Virus record (IMG/VR): IMGVR_UViG_3300032334_000315
Location: 1 to 64,000 of that record
DNA length: 64,000 bases
Source: a virus
Direction: 5' to 3' (one strand)
A program made the translations under genes and the position numbers. Positions within the stretch are counted from its first letter, which is position 1, and the number at the start of each line of letters is the position of its first letter. Under the pieces are notes generated by a model. The model was not told the origin of the DNA. It made no database searches and worked only from the letters and a program-made list of their open reading frames with translations. This document shows, in pieces, positions 33,587 to 43,814 of this stretch.

Positions 33587-35008
33587 TTAGAATTTGAAAT
33601 TACCGAACTTTGACTTTGGTTTGGTACGATCACGGTCTTCCATACCAAACTTAGAGTTGTCCATTACAGAATCAGATCGCTTGGTCTTACCACCACGACT
33701 ATCATCAATCAGGTCATCCTGTGCGCTATCCTCAGCATCAAATAGACGCATTTTGGTTCTGTCGATGCCGAGCATGAACCTTTTGTTGATAGCTGGATCA
33801 GCATAGCGGTTCTTCAATTGCTTTACCATTACCTGCCCACGCTCGTCTGCGTCTTCGGTACGGATAAGAGCAATCATAAAGTCGGCCGTAGCTGGTAGAC
33901 CAAACGACTCGGAAGTATCTTCAAGACCAGGATCGCTTGAGGTATAGCCAGACCTGGTTGTCTGTGTGGCTGATACGATGGGTAGATTTTTCTCTACCGC
34001 AAGGCCACGAAGCTCTTCTGCAATAGCCTTAATGTATGTATAACTATTCACATTTGCACCAGGCTTGATCCGTGCGGACATGCAGATATTCAGGTAATCA
34101 ATGTAGATGATATCTGGCACAAAATTTCGCTTTAGATTTAGCTCATTCAGGAGGTGCCTAAAATGGCCCGCATGTGCAGACGCAGTAGGGTATTCCTTGA
34201 TGATAAGCTTGCCAGTTGTCTTCGCTCGGAGTCTAGCAATCTTCTTTTCGTACATATCACGCGGTAGCTGCCCAAGGTCTTCTAGCGGCACATTCAGCAG
34301 GTTGGCATCAATGCGCTCTGCGATTTTCTCTTCGGCCATTTCCATCGTGATATAGAGAACATTCTTACCAGACGCAAGATTATTTGCTGCGAAGTGGCAC
34401 ATCATCAAAGTTTTACCAGCACCGGTGCCAGCGAGGATGATATTGAGAGACTTGCGAGACAAACCACCACGAGTGATATCGTTCATCAGACCTAGATCAA
34501 ACGGAATCTTTTCTTCTACGCGATGGTAGAAATCATATCGCTCACCGAAGTCCTCGATGAAATCGTGACCAACATGAGAATCAAAAGACACACCAAGGGC
34601 CTCTGATAGGATCTCAGGGATGCTACTAGATGACCGGTTCTTATCTTTACCATCAAGAATGGTAATGCTTTCCATGATAGCGTTATGGACAGCTTTCTCT
34701 TGGCAAAATTTCTCGGTGTTATCAAGCAACCATTGAATGTCGGTAGGTTCTGGTTCGCTGAGATTAGCAACTACCTCAAGAGCCCGCTTATGCTCTTCCT
34801 CGGGCATGTTGGTTGCATTGTCCAACTCAACTGCAAGAGCTTCGCGTGTGGGCCTAGAATTATACTTCATCATAAAATCATGAACGCGCAGGAATACCGC
34901 GCGTTCACTACCATTGGTAAAATATTCATCTTTAAGAAACGGGAGGGTCTTCCGTGCGAAGTCCTCGTTGTGTACCAGGTTCTTCAGGATTGTCTGTTCT
35001 ATTCTCAT
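33587..35008 (-). CDS. gp41: replicative helicase (gp41)
   Basis: AGTGAGKT, ITMEMAEE, IDYLNI, SESFGLPATAD, QLKNRY. Confidence 0.96.
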   Translation of the reverse strand: MRIEQTILKNLVHNEDFARKTLPFLKDEYFTNGSERAVFLRVHDFMMKYNSRPTREALAVELDNATNMPEEEHKRALEVVANLSEPEPTDIQWLLDNTEKFCQEKAVHNAIMESITILDGKDKNRSSSSIPEILSEALGVSFDSHVGHDFIEDFGERYDFYHRVEEKIPFDLGLMNDITRGGLSRKSLNIILAGTGAGKTLMMCHFAANNLASGKNVLYITMEMAEEKIAERIDANLLNVPLEDLGQLPRDMYEKKIARLRAKTTGKLIIKEYPTASAHAGHFRHLLNELNLKRNFVPDIIYIDYLNICMSARIKPGANVNSYTYIKAIAEELRGLAVEKNLPIVSATQTTRSGYTSSDPGLEDTSESFGLPATADFMIALIRTEDADERGQVMVKQLKNRYADPAINKRFMLGIDRTKMRLFDAEDSAQDDLIDDSRGGKTKRSDSVMDNSKFGMEDRDRTKPKSKFGNFKF

Positions 35009-35303
35009 CGGACCCAATTTTCCCTACATTGTCTGCTAGAATATGATAAATGATGGAAGCAATAACATCTTCCATACGGCGTTTTACTTCAGGATCTTCA
35101 GGCGTTGAACCTTCAACGATATGGTAATTGAAGGTCAGCAATGCACCTTCTTCGTCTGGTGCGCCAATCTTTAGATTTACATAGTGATATACCAAACCTT
35201 CGAACTCGCCATCCATAACATGGATGCATGTGAAATCTTGTACACTTGGATGATCTAAGTGAGTATAGCGTGGTGCAACGGGATTATCAATAACATTATT
35301 CAT
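34932..35303 (-). CDS. hypothetical protein at the gp40 position
   Basis: Lies between uvsX and gp41; GEFEGLVYHY. Confidence 0.6.
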   Translation of the reverse strand: MNNVIDNPVAPRYTHLDHPSVQDFTCIHVMDGEFEGLVYHYVNLKIGAPDEEGALLTFNYHIVEGSTPEDPEVKRRMEDVIASIIYHILADNVGKIGSDENRTDNPEEPGTQRGLRTEDPPVS

Positions 35304-36342
35304 TATCTTCACCGTCTTCCATGATAGAACCCATAGCCATCTTGTACTTGCTTTCAATGTACTGAGAGAAATCGGTTTCCTTGAACATCTTCAACCAGAA
35401 CTCTTTGTTGTTGACAATATCTCCTGCTCGGAAGTTTGGAGTATGGACTTCTCCAGTTTCCTTATCGACTGTTGCATACCATCCATTCTTAGGCTTAATA
35501 ATATAACCGCCGTCGAGAGCAACATCAAGGAGGCCTGACCAACGATTAATACCACCTTCGAAAGAGACAGTAATTGGAATCTTGGACTTCTCTTTGACAT
35601 AGCGCGACTTCTCAACATTGATAACGAAATGGTAGCCTTGGATCTCAGTGCCGTCCTTGTCTTGCTGACGACCAAGAATCCAGATAGCGTCGGATGAATA
35701 GTACGAGCCAGTACCACCACCAACGATATCTTTGGGATACAAACCAATTTCTTTATAAGTGTGATTGACGACGATCATAGGCATATCCTTGAGCGTCAGG
35801 TGTGGTGTAATCATACGGAACAAAGACTTCAACTGCTTTGCTCTGGACATATCAGCGACCGACTTACCGTCTAGCGCATCGTCCACTTCTTTCTTTGATG
35901 CAAGATTACCAATTGAGTCAATAACAATCATAACATGCTCGTCGCGTGAAATTTCTTTCATCTGCTGCATGATATCAAACTTCAGTTCTTCAATATCCGT
36001 GATCGGTGTATGCACCACAGAATAAAACGGAATACCAAATGTTTCAAAGTAAGACTGAGGAGTACCAAACTCAGAATCATAAAACAATACGATACCATCG
36101 GGATACTTCTTTAGAAACGACGAAGCCATAAGCAAAGCAAAGCCAGTCTTGAAATGCTTTGACGGACCAGCGAGCATTGTAAGGCCCGGTACAATACCGC
36201 CATCAACGCTACCAGATAGTGCTACGTTAATCATGGGAACAGAAGTAGGAATCATATCCTTCTTCGCGAAGATTTTGCTATCAGCCAATGTGGACGTGAA
36301 AGCGATTGTAGAGTTTTTGATTAGTTTATCTTTAAGTGACAT
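35296..36342 (-). CDS. uvsX: RecA-like recombinase UvsX
   Basis: AGPSKHFKT, YDSEFG, DSIGNLASKKE, EKSRYVKEK. Confidence 0.96.
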   Translation of the reverse strand: MSLKDKLIKNSTIAFTSTLADSKIFAKKDMIPTSVPMINVALSGSVDGGIVPGLTMLAGPSKHFKTGFALLMASSFLKKYPDGIVLFYDSEFGTPQSYFETFGIPFYSVVHTPITDIEELKFDIMQQMKEISRDEHVMIVIDSIGNLASKKEVDDALDGKSVADMSRAKQLKSLFRMITPHLTLKDMPMIVVNHTYKEIGLYPKDIVGGGTGSYYSSDAIWILGRQQDKDGTEIQGYHFVINVEKSRYVKEKSKIPITVSFEGGINRWSGLLDVALDGGYIIKPKNGWYATVDKETGEVHTPNFRAGDIVNNKEFWLKMFKETDFSQYIESKYKMAMGSIMEDGEDNE

Positions 36343-36363
36343 AGTACCTCCATTAATATAAAC

Positions 36364-36392
36364 ATCATACCATAGGCATGTGTAATTGTCAA
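36364..36392 (-). promoter_or_regulatory. sigma70-type promoter for uvsX
   Basis: TTGACA-N17-TATGAT. Confidence 0.78.
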
Positions 36393-36908
36393 CTATTTTT
36401 CTAACAGAAGGAATAGATTTCTATTTCCATACGATTGGTTTTCAGTGTAGCTACAGTCTTTGATAGAGAAGCGAGAAGATAGTTTTTTCACAAAATATTC
36501 TGGATCATTTCTCCATTCACCAGGCACTCTAATGTTGCAGACCAATGCTATGTTTGTTAAATTAAAAATGTCATCAACCACATCATCAAAATATTCACAT
36601 TCAATTGTGTTGAATACATTATAGCATACCGTCAAATCAGCCGATTGATTTGGTCTAGTCGACCACTCATCGACAAAGGGATCATAATTTATCAGTTTAA
36701 TGTTTTCTGGAATTCTAAAATGATCTGTTCCGTGCCCGCAACCATAATCTAATAAAGACTTTGGCTTATACAATTCAAAAAAATACGACATACGCTTTAT
36801 GCTGCCATCGCGCATTGTGAATGCGTATTTGTTATTGCGAGATTCTACAGACCAGTTGCCTTTGTCTTTATGCAATTCGTTATAGTCTTTACTCCACAAT
36901 TGCTTCAT
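36393..36908 (-). CDS. SAM-dependent methyltransferase-like protein
   Basis: LLDYGCGHG, YDP, DLTVC. Confidence 0.75.
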   Translation of the reverse strand: MKQLWSKDYNELHKDKGNWSVESRNNKYAFTMRDGSIKRMSYFFELYKPKSLLDYGCGHGTDHFRIPENIKLINYDPFVDEWSTRPNQSADLTVCYNVFNTIECEYFDDVVDDIFNLTNIALVCNIRVPGEWRNDPEYFVKKLSSRFSIKDCSYTENQSYGNRNLFLLLEK

Positions 36909-39436
36909 ACAAAGAATGCCTCAAGTGTAGATTGCTTTTCAGTATGCCAATTGATGGTGTTTAGAATTGTGCGAAGTGGATCAAGAAAAGTCTTTTCAAA
37001 CTGAGTATCGTAGTCGATATATTTATCCAATCCAAACTCTGGCGGCAACTGAGAGATTACCGCAATCACATTCTCATGGATAGGATTTGGCATCTTCATA
37101 TAAGCAAAGCGGATCTTTTCACCGTCTTTGATTTGCTCGTATTTTTTCGTAAGCTTCATCTGTTGCAGCTTCTTATTGAATACGATAGCACCACGCACAT
37201 GCATGGGAACGCTCTTCGTCTCGTATTGATATTTAGTGAGGTTCTGAACACTGCGAGGAAATGCAACATCTTCAAATGGTAACTTGCGAAACTCTTTACG
37301 GAACTTTTCAATGTACCTATGCAGGTCATCTTCGCTCTGCGTCATAACGATATTAAGAACATCTTTAATGGCCGTACGGCAAGCTGCTGGTGTTGAAGAC
37401 TTTACAGCTTCCATACCCATGATCTTTAGTTTTGGCTTAGCATAGCGCACACCTTCGGAATCATGGACATTGAGAATGTATCGCTTCTTCGCGGTCCAGA
37501 TGCCACGGTCTGCAATGACTTCGCGCTTCATATTCATTTTTTGCTGGAAGGCACACATACGTTCAGCAAGATCCTGATAGATTCTGTCAATAACTGGTTC
37601 CATTTTATCGCTAGCCACCTTATCAAGAAAGTTAATGATCTTTTCTTTGAGTTCCGGAGTAAGCCCTTCAGCCTCAATTCTCTTTTCAAAGACGCTATGT
37701 ACCAATTTATCAAAGCTAATATAAAGCGAATCTGTATCAGACGCAATAACATAATCATAATCCTCCGTCTTCAATAATTTGTTGAGATACTTATTCATTT
37801 CATTTTCAGCCCAACGAATTGATAGTTGCCCGCCGAGAGTGATAGCGGTAGCTTGGTCAATATCAAAGAAACGGAAATGCTGATTACCGATAGCGCCATA
37901 TGCGGAGTTCAACTGTACTTTCTTTGCAAGCTGCATATTCTTGTAGCGTGAGATATCTTTAACAGCCTGTTTTTTCTCAGCTTCGGTCTTTGCATTCTCG
38001 TAGGCCTTTTGAGCAAGGATCATCTTGTCCTTGTACACCACACGGTCATTGTACATGCGCTGCATAATCGTAGGCAAGAACCCTTGCTTCGCTTTGCTAA
38101 AGAAACAACCATTCGCAGCAAGGCCATAACCATCAGGCACTTCTGGCATATTACCAGCAAGCAGATCATCAATCGTAACGTCTGCTGTGATTGCATAGCC
38201 TTTCGCGTTCACATGAATGGTTTCAGGTGAAATGTTATACTGCATAATCAAATGTGGATACAGACTGTTCAAATCAAAAGACATGACCCATGAGTGCGAA
38301 CCAACCTGTGGGTCTTTCACATACGCACCAACAAACACCTCGTCCTTGCTACCACCACCGTTGAGCGGTACCGCAATTCTTTTCTTCCACAAATGGTTGT
38401 GCGTGATAACATCCCACATACGCACTTGCGTGAACACGTCGGCAATGGTAACCTTCGCGTCATACGCGAGCGCGAGAGCCATATCAATCAGCTTCATCTT
38501 ATCATCTAGCTTCACGATAAGTTCCACGTCGATGATATTGTAGTCAATAAACTTAGTATGATCTTTCATGTAGAATTCGTGGAGTGTCTCAAATTCAGAG
38601 TGATCTAGTTTCTTCTCACCAAGTTCAACATTGGCAATATGGTCAAGACGATATGATTCCTGCTGAGAGTATGTGAATTTCTTATACATCTCAAGGTAAT
38701 CAAGTGTAGCCACACCACCAATATCATATGCAACCTGCACCTTGTTGAATGTCATTTGAACTCGTCTCTCACGGACATTTTTCCATGGTGAGAGGCGCTT
38801 CATTTCACTTTCACCAATGACCGTTGTCATACGTTTGGCAAGATAAGGAATATCAAACCATGTGATATTCCAACCAGTGACGATATCGGGATAACCATCG
38901 TGCGCCCACTCACTCAGAAAACGAATGAGCAATTCTTTTTCGTTGACACAGTGATGGTAGAAAACGTCATTGCGTGTTGGTGTGTATGGCTTTAAACCAA
39001 ACACATGAAAGATCGGGCCTTTCTTCAACGTGATGGCTGTGACGGTATCCGATGCTCGCTCAACAGCAGGGAAGCCATTCTCAGAACTCACCTCAATATC
39101 GAGATATGCAACCTTGATTTGGTCACGATCATATGGCACATCGGTTGGATATTCTTCATTCAGGTACGTGTAGACGAACCGTTGCAGACCAAAGATATTG
39201 AAATTGGTCACGTCTTCATATTGCTTGAGAAAGTCCTTAGCTTCATTGATGGATTCAAATTGTATTGGCTCAAGCGAAAGCCCACGAATGTCGGTCCAGC
39301 TTGCATTTTCATGCTTTGACTGGACAAACATCGTGGGCTTGTAGGGAATCTTTTCGTTGAACTGTAGCCCGCGGTCGTAACCGCGAACCAAGATGTTGTT
39401 GCCGAACTGCATCGCATTGGTGTAAAATTTGCTCAT
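36905..39436 (-). CDS. gp43: family B DNA polymerase (gp43), unsplit
   Basis: DIE exonuclease motif, FDLNSLYP, KVQLNSAYG, SDTDS, KKRY. Confidence 0.97.
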   Translation of the reverse strand: MSKFYTNAMQFGNNILVRGYDRGLQFNEKIPYKPTMFVQSKHENASWTDIRGLSLEPIQFESINEAKDFLKQYEDVTNFNIFGLQRFVYTYLNEEYPTDVPYDRDQIKVAYLDIEVSSENGFPAVERASDTVTAITLKKGPIFHVFGLKPYTPTRNDVFYHHCVNEKELLIRFLSEWAHDGYPDIVTGWNITWFDIPYLAKRMTTVIGESEMKRLSPWKNVRERRVQMTFNKVQVAYDIGGVATLDYLEMYKKFTYSQQESYRLDHIANVELGEKKLDHSEFETLHEFYMKDHTKFIDYNIIDVELIVKLDDKMKLIDMALALAYDAKVTIADVFTQVRMWDVITHNHLWKKRIAVPLNGGGSKDEVFVGAYVKDPQVGSHSWVMSFDLNSLYPHLIMQYNISPETIHVNAKGYAITADVTIDDLLAGNMPEVPDGYGLAANGCFFSKAKQGFLPTIMQRMYNDRVVYKDKMILAQKAYENAKTEAEKKQAVKDISRYKNMQLAKKVQLNSAYGAIGNQHFRFFDIDQATAITLGGQLSIRWAENEMNKYLNKLLKTEDYDYVIASDTDSLYISFDKLVHSVFEKRIEAEGLTPELKEKIINFLDKVASDKMEPVIDRIYQDLAERMCAFQQKMNMKREVIADRGIWTAKKRYILNVHDSEGVRYAKPKLKIMGMEAVKSSTPAACRTAIKDVLNIVMTQSEDDLHRYIEKFRKEFRKLPFEDVAFPRSVQNLTKYQYETKSVPMHVRGAIVFNKKLQQMKLTKKYEQIKDGEKIRFAYMKMPNPIHENVIAVISQLPPEFGLDKYIDYDTQFEKTFLDPLRTILNTINWHTEKQSTLEAFFV

Positions 39437-39441
39437 GGTGT

Positions 39442-39470
39442 ATAGTACACCATCGTCATCAAATTGTCAA
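39442..39470 (-). promoter_or_regulatory. sigma70-type promoter for gp43
   Basis: TTGACA-N17-TACTAT, 5 nt before ATG (leaderless-like). Confidence 0.75.
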
Positions 39471-39776
39471 CCCGTTTCTTGCGATTACCAAACCGGAACC
39501 AAATGAGGTGTTGTAAGCATTCTCTACATCAACCATTGGCTCATAGACAAAGAGAATATTAGACGAACTGACCACGATCTCTTTGTTCTTTGCCATTGGT
39601 AGGTAATCAAGAAGGCCCATACTGGCTTTACCATTTGTGCCCTGTTGCATCACAATAGCAGCGGGCTTCTTGATTACGATGTTATGTTGACCAAACGCAC
39701 TCACTTTACCAATCACTTCATCGCCGGTAAAAAACCTAACGACCATCACACTTTCAACATTCTGAGCATCATCCAT
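39459..39776 (-). CDS. conserved T4-like small protein (Sm-like fold)
   Basis: TGDEVIG...Y...FGSGLV pattern. Confidence 0.75.
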   Translation of the reverse strand: MDDAQNVESVMVVRFFTGDEVIGKVSAFGQHNIVIKKPAAIVMQQGTNGKASMGLLDYLPMAKNKEIVVSSSNILFVYEPMVDVENAYNTSFGSGLVIARNGLTI

Positions 39777-39786
39777 TTTATAATCC

Positions 39787-40254
39787 TTATTTGGTTACGC
39801 CTTGCATTTTCTCTTGTCCTCTTGACCAAGCAGAGATACCAAGAACTGCACCCATTGCTAGATGGAACAAACCAGCGCCTTGCAGCGTAAGTGGATTCCA
39901 TTGCGTTAGTGGTTGCTTCATCATAACTTGCACGACATTCCACATAACAGGGAAAATAGCCATGTCTAAGCAACAAATGACCATATAGCACCAACCCATT
40001 GCAGGGCGCCACTTCTTGACCATCCAATCTTCATTCTGCTTTGCGTTCTCTGCTTCCCACTGTTTCTTTTCCAGTTCAATCTTAGCAAGCTGAGCTGCTT
40101 CGGATAACTGTGGTGCAGCAGGTGCAGACGCTACGCGAGGACTTGAGTCCACATATGTAGTCGGGATCGCAGCACCTGCTCCCTTGGTTGCAGGTGGTAT
40201 TTCATCCATCGCAGGCTTTGCGATAGGTTCGTCAGTTGTGCCAAACTTTGGCAT
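39787..40254 (-). CDS. holin (3TM / GTA-holin-like)
   Basis: WRPAMGW, hydrophobic segments, GAVLGISAWSRGQEK; adjacent to endolysin. Confidence 0.8.
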   Translation of the reverse strand: MPKFGTTDEPIAKPAMDEIPPATKGAGAAIPTTYVDSSPRVASAPAAPQLSEAAQLAKIELEKKQWEAENAKQNEDWMVKKWRPAMGWCYMVICCLDMAIFPVMWNVVQVMMKQPLTQWNPLTLQGAGLFHLAMGAVLGISAWSRGQEKMQGVTK

Positions 40255-40264
40255 CGGTGTCTCC

Positions 40265-40885
40265 TTATGAAAAGATTTCTAGTGCTGCTTCATAATGAGA
40301 TTTACGATCTTCTAGACCGATTGTGCCACCGTTGATTTTTTTAGTTACTGTTAGAATATCGCCTTTGTCAGCCCACTGATTTAGTTCGCGTGAGTCCCAG
40401 AACCAACCAGCTGACCATGCTGCACCTTCTTCTGTGCTGAGCCATTCAGTTGCTTCCTCGAGAGGCCATCCCATATCAGCCGCGAAGGCTTGATAGTTTG
40501 ATTTGCCTGTCAGTTGGATAAGCCCACGCCCGCAGTAGCGGAAACCATCGCCAGAATTTTCATCACCGTTACCCATGCGCGAGGCATAGACACGATTAGC
40601 AATCTTCTGTGGATTCTTAGCGAACGGTGCTGTATCCACACCACGAAAATACTTAGGGAAAATTACCTTCAAGCGGTCTGCTGAATAGTTTAGGTTTTCC
40701 TTGATCGTTCTGAGACCACCAGATTCATGGCCTACCTGAGCAAGGAACATTGAGATACGTTGAGGGGTATTGATTTCATAGAAGTCCATTACATCATTTA
40801 AAGGTTCCACATATTTCTGAATAACATCTTCGCCCGTATCTTCGAAGAACTCATTCAACTGTTCGAATGTAATAGCCATAGTCAC
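40265..40885 (-). CDS. glycoside hydrolase family 19 endolysin
   Basis: FLAQVGHESGG, ENLNY, GRGLIQLTG, INGG..GLEDR. Confidence 0.93.
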   Translation of the reverse strand: MTMAITFEQLNEFFEDTGEDVIQKYVEPLNDVMDFYEINTPQRISMFLAQVGHESGGLRTIKENLNYSADRLKVIFPKYFRGVDTAPFAKNPQKIANRVYASRMGNGDENSGDGFRYCGRGLIQLTGKSNYQAFAADMGWPLEEATEWLSTEEGAAWSAGWFWDSRELNQWADKGDILTVTKKINGGTIGLEDRKSHYEAALEIFS

Positions 40886-40896
40886 TCCTTATTGAG

Positions 40897-41061
40897 TTAC
40901 TTTCTATTTAGTGTGGTCAGAGCAACCATAGGAATATCACCACGATATAATCCGATGTCGGATAGTTCTCTATCTGACAAACGATTTAGTTCTTCTAGGG
41001 CCTTGTAATAACGGCGTGTGTCTTCTACTCGCTGTGCGAGATATGTAAATATGTTTTGCAT
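40897..41061 (-). CDS. DUF1127 (YjiS-like) small protein (54 aa, not in ORF track)
   Basis: RRYYKALEELNRLSDRELSDIGLYRGDI signature; GGAG RBS. Confidence 0.85.
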   Translation of the reverse strand: MQNIFTYLAQRVEDTRRYYKALEELNRLSDRELSDIGLYRGDIPMVALTTLNRK

Positions 41062-41083
41062 GTGTCTTTCTCCAAACGATAAT

Positions 41084-41107
41084 AGCGAGCCGGTCTCCCG
41101 GCTCGCT
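41084..41107. terminator. GC-rich hairpin after hsp20
   Basis: AGCGAGCCGG/CCGGCTCGCT perfect 10-bp stem. Confidence 0.55.
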
Positions 41108-41136
41108 TACATAATATAGAATTCAATGGGTTGTAA

Positions 41137-41580
41137 TTAGTCGATGTTGATCTTCTTAGGCTTCTGGTTCTCTGGTACGATGTTTTCCAACCACACCTTG
41201 AGAATACCATTCATCAGTCCAACATTGTTTATCACTACGGTATCAGCGAGAGTGAATGTGCGATTGAAGGCACGCTCTGCGATTCCCTTGTAGTAGTAGT
41301 ACTCTTGAGCTTTATCCATATCACTGGAATCTTTAGTGTTACCAGAGATAGTTAGCTTACTTCCATCAAGTATTAACTCGATATCTGTCTTTGCAAATCC
41401 TGCGACAGCCATTTCGATGACGTACTTATTATCATCGACCTTCTTGATATTGTATGGAGGATATCCAGGAAGGTTCTTACCGATACCATCCAACTGCGAA
41501 GATAGCAGCTTGAATGTCTTATCAAAACCGATAGAGAATGGATCAAATGCAGCGAGTTGTGCGTAGTCGTTCTTAGTCAT
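41137..41580 (-). CDS. small heat shock protein Hsp20 (IbpA-like)
   Basis: YPPYNI, EMAVAGF, KGIAERAF, NGIL. Confidence 0.93.
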   Translation of the reverse strand: MTKNDYAQLAAFDPFSIGFDKTFKLLSSQLDGIGKNLPGYPPYNIKKVDDNKYVIEMAVAGFAKTDIELILDGSKLTISGNTKDSSDMDKAQEYYYYKGIAERAFNRTFTLADTVVINNVGLMNGILKVWLENIVPENQKPKKINID

Positions 41581-41586
41581 AGTATG

Positions 41587-41630
41587 ACCTCCTATTAGGC
41601 AAGGTTGATTATGTGACCCCGAGGGCATCA
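41587..41630 (-). promoter_or_regulatory. ROSE-like RNA thermometer candidate in the hsp20 leader
   Basis: ACCTTGCCT-AAT-AGGAGGT sequesters the SD; second hairpin upstream. Confidence 0.5.
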
Positions 41631-41636
41631 CGGTTT

Positions 41637-41644
41637 TATTTATA
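41637..41644 (-). promoter_or_regulatory. late promoter TATAAATA
   Basis: Exact consensus upstream of hsp20. Confidence 0.75.
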
Positions 41645-41707
41645 TGTAGCGAAGAAGATATATCCCCAACGCTACACATAAATTCAAGAAGGTAGAAGCT
41701 GCGTCGA

Positions 41708-42118
41708 TCAAGCGACCTTTCCGCGGTTCTTACCGATATTATATTTAGCTTCCAGCTTCCACTCATTCTTCTCCTTGTGCGTGAGAATTTTGATCTGATT
41801 CAATGAAGCGATAGGATCTTCTGAGGCCTTAGGATCAACAAGGTCAATCAACTCCCATTCAGCGAGTAGATTTGCGATCTTATTCCGACGGGCTTTATCG
41901 TCATCAGAGAAGTTGGTTGGCTTACCATCAAGCGCAAATAGTTCCTTGAAGTGGACCACATAGTAGCGGCCCTGCTTGTGGAAGATATGACAAGATTGAT
42001 AGAGTGTGGATTTTTCTGCGGACGCGACACCGATGCGGCTAAGCGTTTCGCGAATCTTTAGGAAATCTTCTGGTGTCTTTAGTCGTACCTCAATCATGGA
42101 TTCAATAATGGATTGCAT
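41708..42118 (-). CDS. regA: translational repressor RegA
   Basis: DFLKIRETLSRIG, LYQSCHI, VHFKELF. Confidence 0.96.
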   Translation of the reverse strand: MQSIIESMIEVRLKTPEDFLKIRETLSRIGVASAEKSTLYQSCHIFHKQGRYYVVHFKELFALDGKPTNFSDDDKARRNKIANLLAEWELIDLVDPKASEDPIASLNQIKILTHKEKNEWKLEAKYNIGKNRGKVA

Positions 42119-42123
42119 TGTGT

Positions 42124-42507
42124 TTACCTTTTGCCAAGTAACGACCTGATCTGGTCTACTTGACTAGGTGTCAATACGGTCAGTGCTTGTTTAGCTTCTG
42201 AACGACCATAGCCGAAGAACTCCATAATCAGGTCGACAGAATCGTTCTTTTCTTCTTTTTGCCACTTGGCAAACTTACGGTTCTGTTTCCTGATTATATT
42301 TATAAAATACTCATACTGCATTAGTTTGTCCAGGTGGCCACGCTGGTTCATCTCGTTGGCATACAGTATGCAGTCTTGGTGGTACGATAACGACCGGTTG
42401 GTAAGAAAAGGCACGTATGCCTTTTCCTGTTCTTCACCATGCCCGCGCATCATATTTGATTGCTTGGGCTTCATAATCGAGTTGACGTAATCGAAAGGAC
42501 TAGTCAT
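42124..42507 (-). CDS. gp62: clamp loader small subunit (gp62)
   Basis: PFDYVNSI, PFLTNRSLS, ANEMN, KFAKW. Confidence 0.93.
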   Translation of the reverse strand: MTSPFDYVNSIMKPKQSNMMRGHGEEQEKAYVPFLTNRSLSYHQDCILYANEMNQRGHLDKLMQYEYFINIIRKQNRKFAKWQKEEKNDSVDLIMEFFGYGRSEAKQALTVLTPSQVDQIRSLLGKR

Positions 42508-43814
42508 AGCGAGCTTTTTGATACGAAGCCCTTGAATGGAGTACCGTCCGCATTTACGACGACCTTCTCAATAAGATCACCATTTGGAGAAATTAACTGC
42601 GGCATAAACCCGTTGAATCGGATTGAACCGGTTTCCATATAATGATTTATGATATCTTCCTTGCTTGCATTTGCGAGGGGATGTGAACTAGGAAATTCAC
42701 ATCCTGATCGTACATTTTCATTATATCGCATCGTTGCCAACACCTTAAGTTTTGCCTTAAAAGCCTTCTCGCACTTCTCTCTTTCGCCTTTGATTCCCTT
42801 TGGATTGTCAAAACAATCTTTAGAATCAACAAAAAGTGTGACATATCGAATTGATCCATCTGTTGGCAACTTGTCACGCAAAACATCGCTTATTCTGACA
42901 TCCTTTGACGCAAACGGTACGTCGAAATGTGAAGTGAACCAAGTAAGATGTGGTCTTGTACCTCTCTTAACATTTTGTCCAGATTCAATAGTCTCAACTG
43001 TGCCGTCAATAGCATCATAAGAACTTCTTTTCAAAGCCTTTTTCATCATCTTCTTAATGTTCGTTTCAGAAAATTTGCCCTGAATCTTATAGAACTTTAA
43101 ATAGCGAGAAAATCCATCTTCAGATGCTTCGAATAGATTACGCTGTACAGCATATATGAAGCCAGATTGAACGTCTATCATTTCTAATGGCTTAGATACA
43201 GTGTGCTGCATATTCGACTCTGTACCATGAGCTTCGAGTGCTTCATAGTTATTATATTTAAAAAGATCGACAAGAGCAAAATTATATTTGCTGTTTTTTG
43301 TTGCAGCAAAAAGCTGCTGTAGGGCCGTAATACGGTGCCTACCAGAAAAAAGCCAATATTTCTTCTTTGAATGTGGATCATCGCGTAAGATTTCTGCCAT
43401 TCGCTTCGCAGGAATTTCTACAACGTACAAACGCTGTTGTGAGTGTATCCATCCATCTTCCGAACCCAAGCTGAGTGAGAGTCTAGCAACATGTGCAGCA
43501 TCAACAGGAATATGTCTTCCGCCAATGTTTTTCTTTGAAGAAAAGAACTCAAGATCAATCTCTTCAAGCGGAATAATTTTCGTGTCGATATATTCCATTG
43601 CGGTCGAATGTACGCCTATAGCCAAGAATCTCTTTTTGGTTTCATCGTCTTGAAACTGAAGTGTATCAGGAAGACTATGAGGCGGACAAAAAGATATTGA
43701 TTTGGCTACATCATAAAGTGGCTTGCTGTTTAGCGAGAAAACATTGTTCTCTGTGCCGAACAAGGCATCTTCAATGGTCTGTAAATTTAAAGCTTTTGTT
43801 TTATGGACTTTCAT
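42504..43814 (-). CDS. hypothetical protein with ParB/Srx-like motif
   Basis: LFSGRHRITAL resembles the ParB-N G.HR motif; AT-rich insertion. Confidence 0.6.
   Translation of the reverse strand: MKVHKTKALNLQTIEDALFGTENNVFSLNSKPLYDVAKSISFCPPHSLPDTLQFQDDETKKRFLAIGVHSTAMEYIDTKIIPLEEIDLEFFSSKKNIGGRHIPVDAAHVARLSLSLGSEDGWIHSQQRLYVVEIPAKRMAEILRDDPHSKKKYWLFSGRHRITALQQLFAATKNSKYNFALVDLFKYNNYEALEAHGTESNMQHTVSKPLEMIDVQSGFIYAVQRNLFEASEDGFSRYLKFYKIQGKFSETNIKKMMKKALKRSSYDAIDGTVETIESGQNVKRGTRPHLTWFTSHFDVPFASKDVRISDVLRDKLPTDGSIRYVTLFVDSKDCFDNPKGIKGEREKCEKAFKAKLKVLATMRYNENVRSGCEFPSSHPLANASKEDIINHYMETGSIRFNGFMPQLISPNGDLIEKVVVNADGTPFKGFVSKSSL

Noticed and set aside
17168-39436. Introns or inteins in nrdJ, gp41, gp43
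   Set aside because: Proteins have normal lengths and contiguous motifs.
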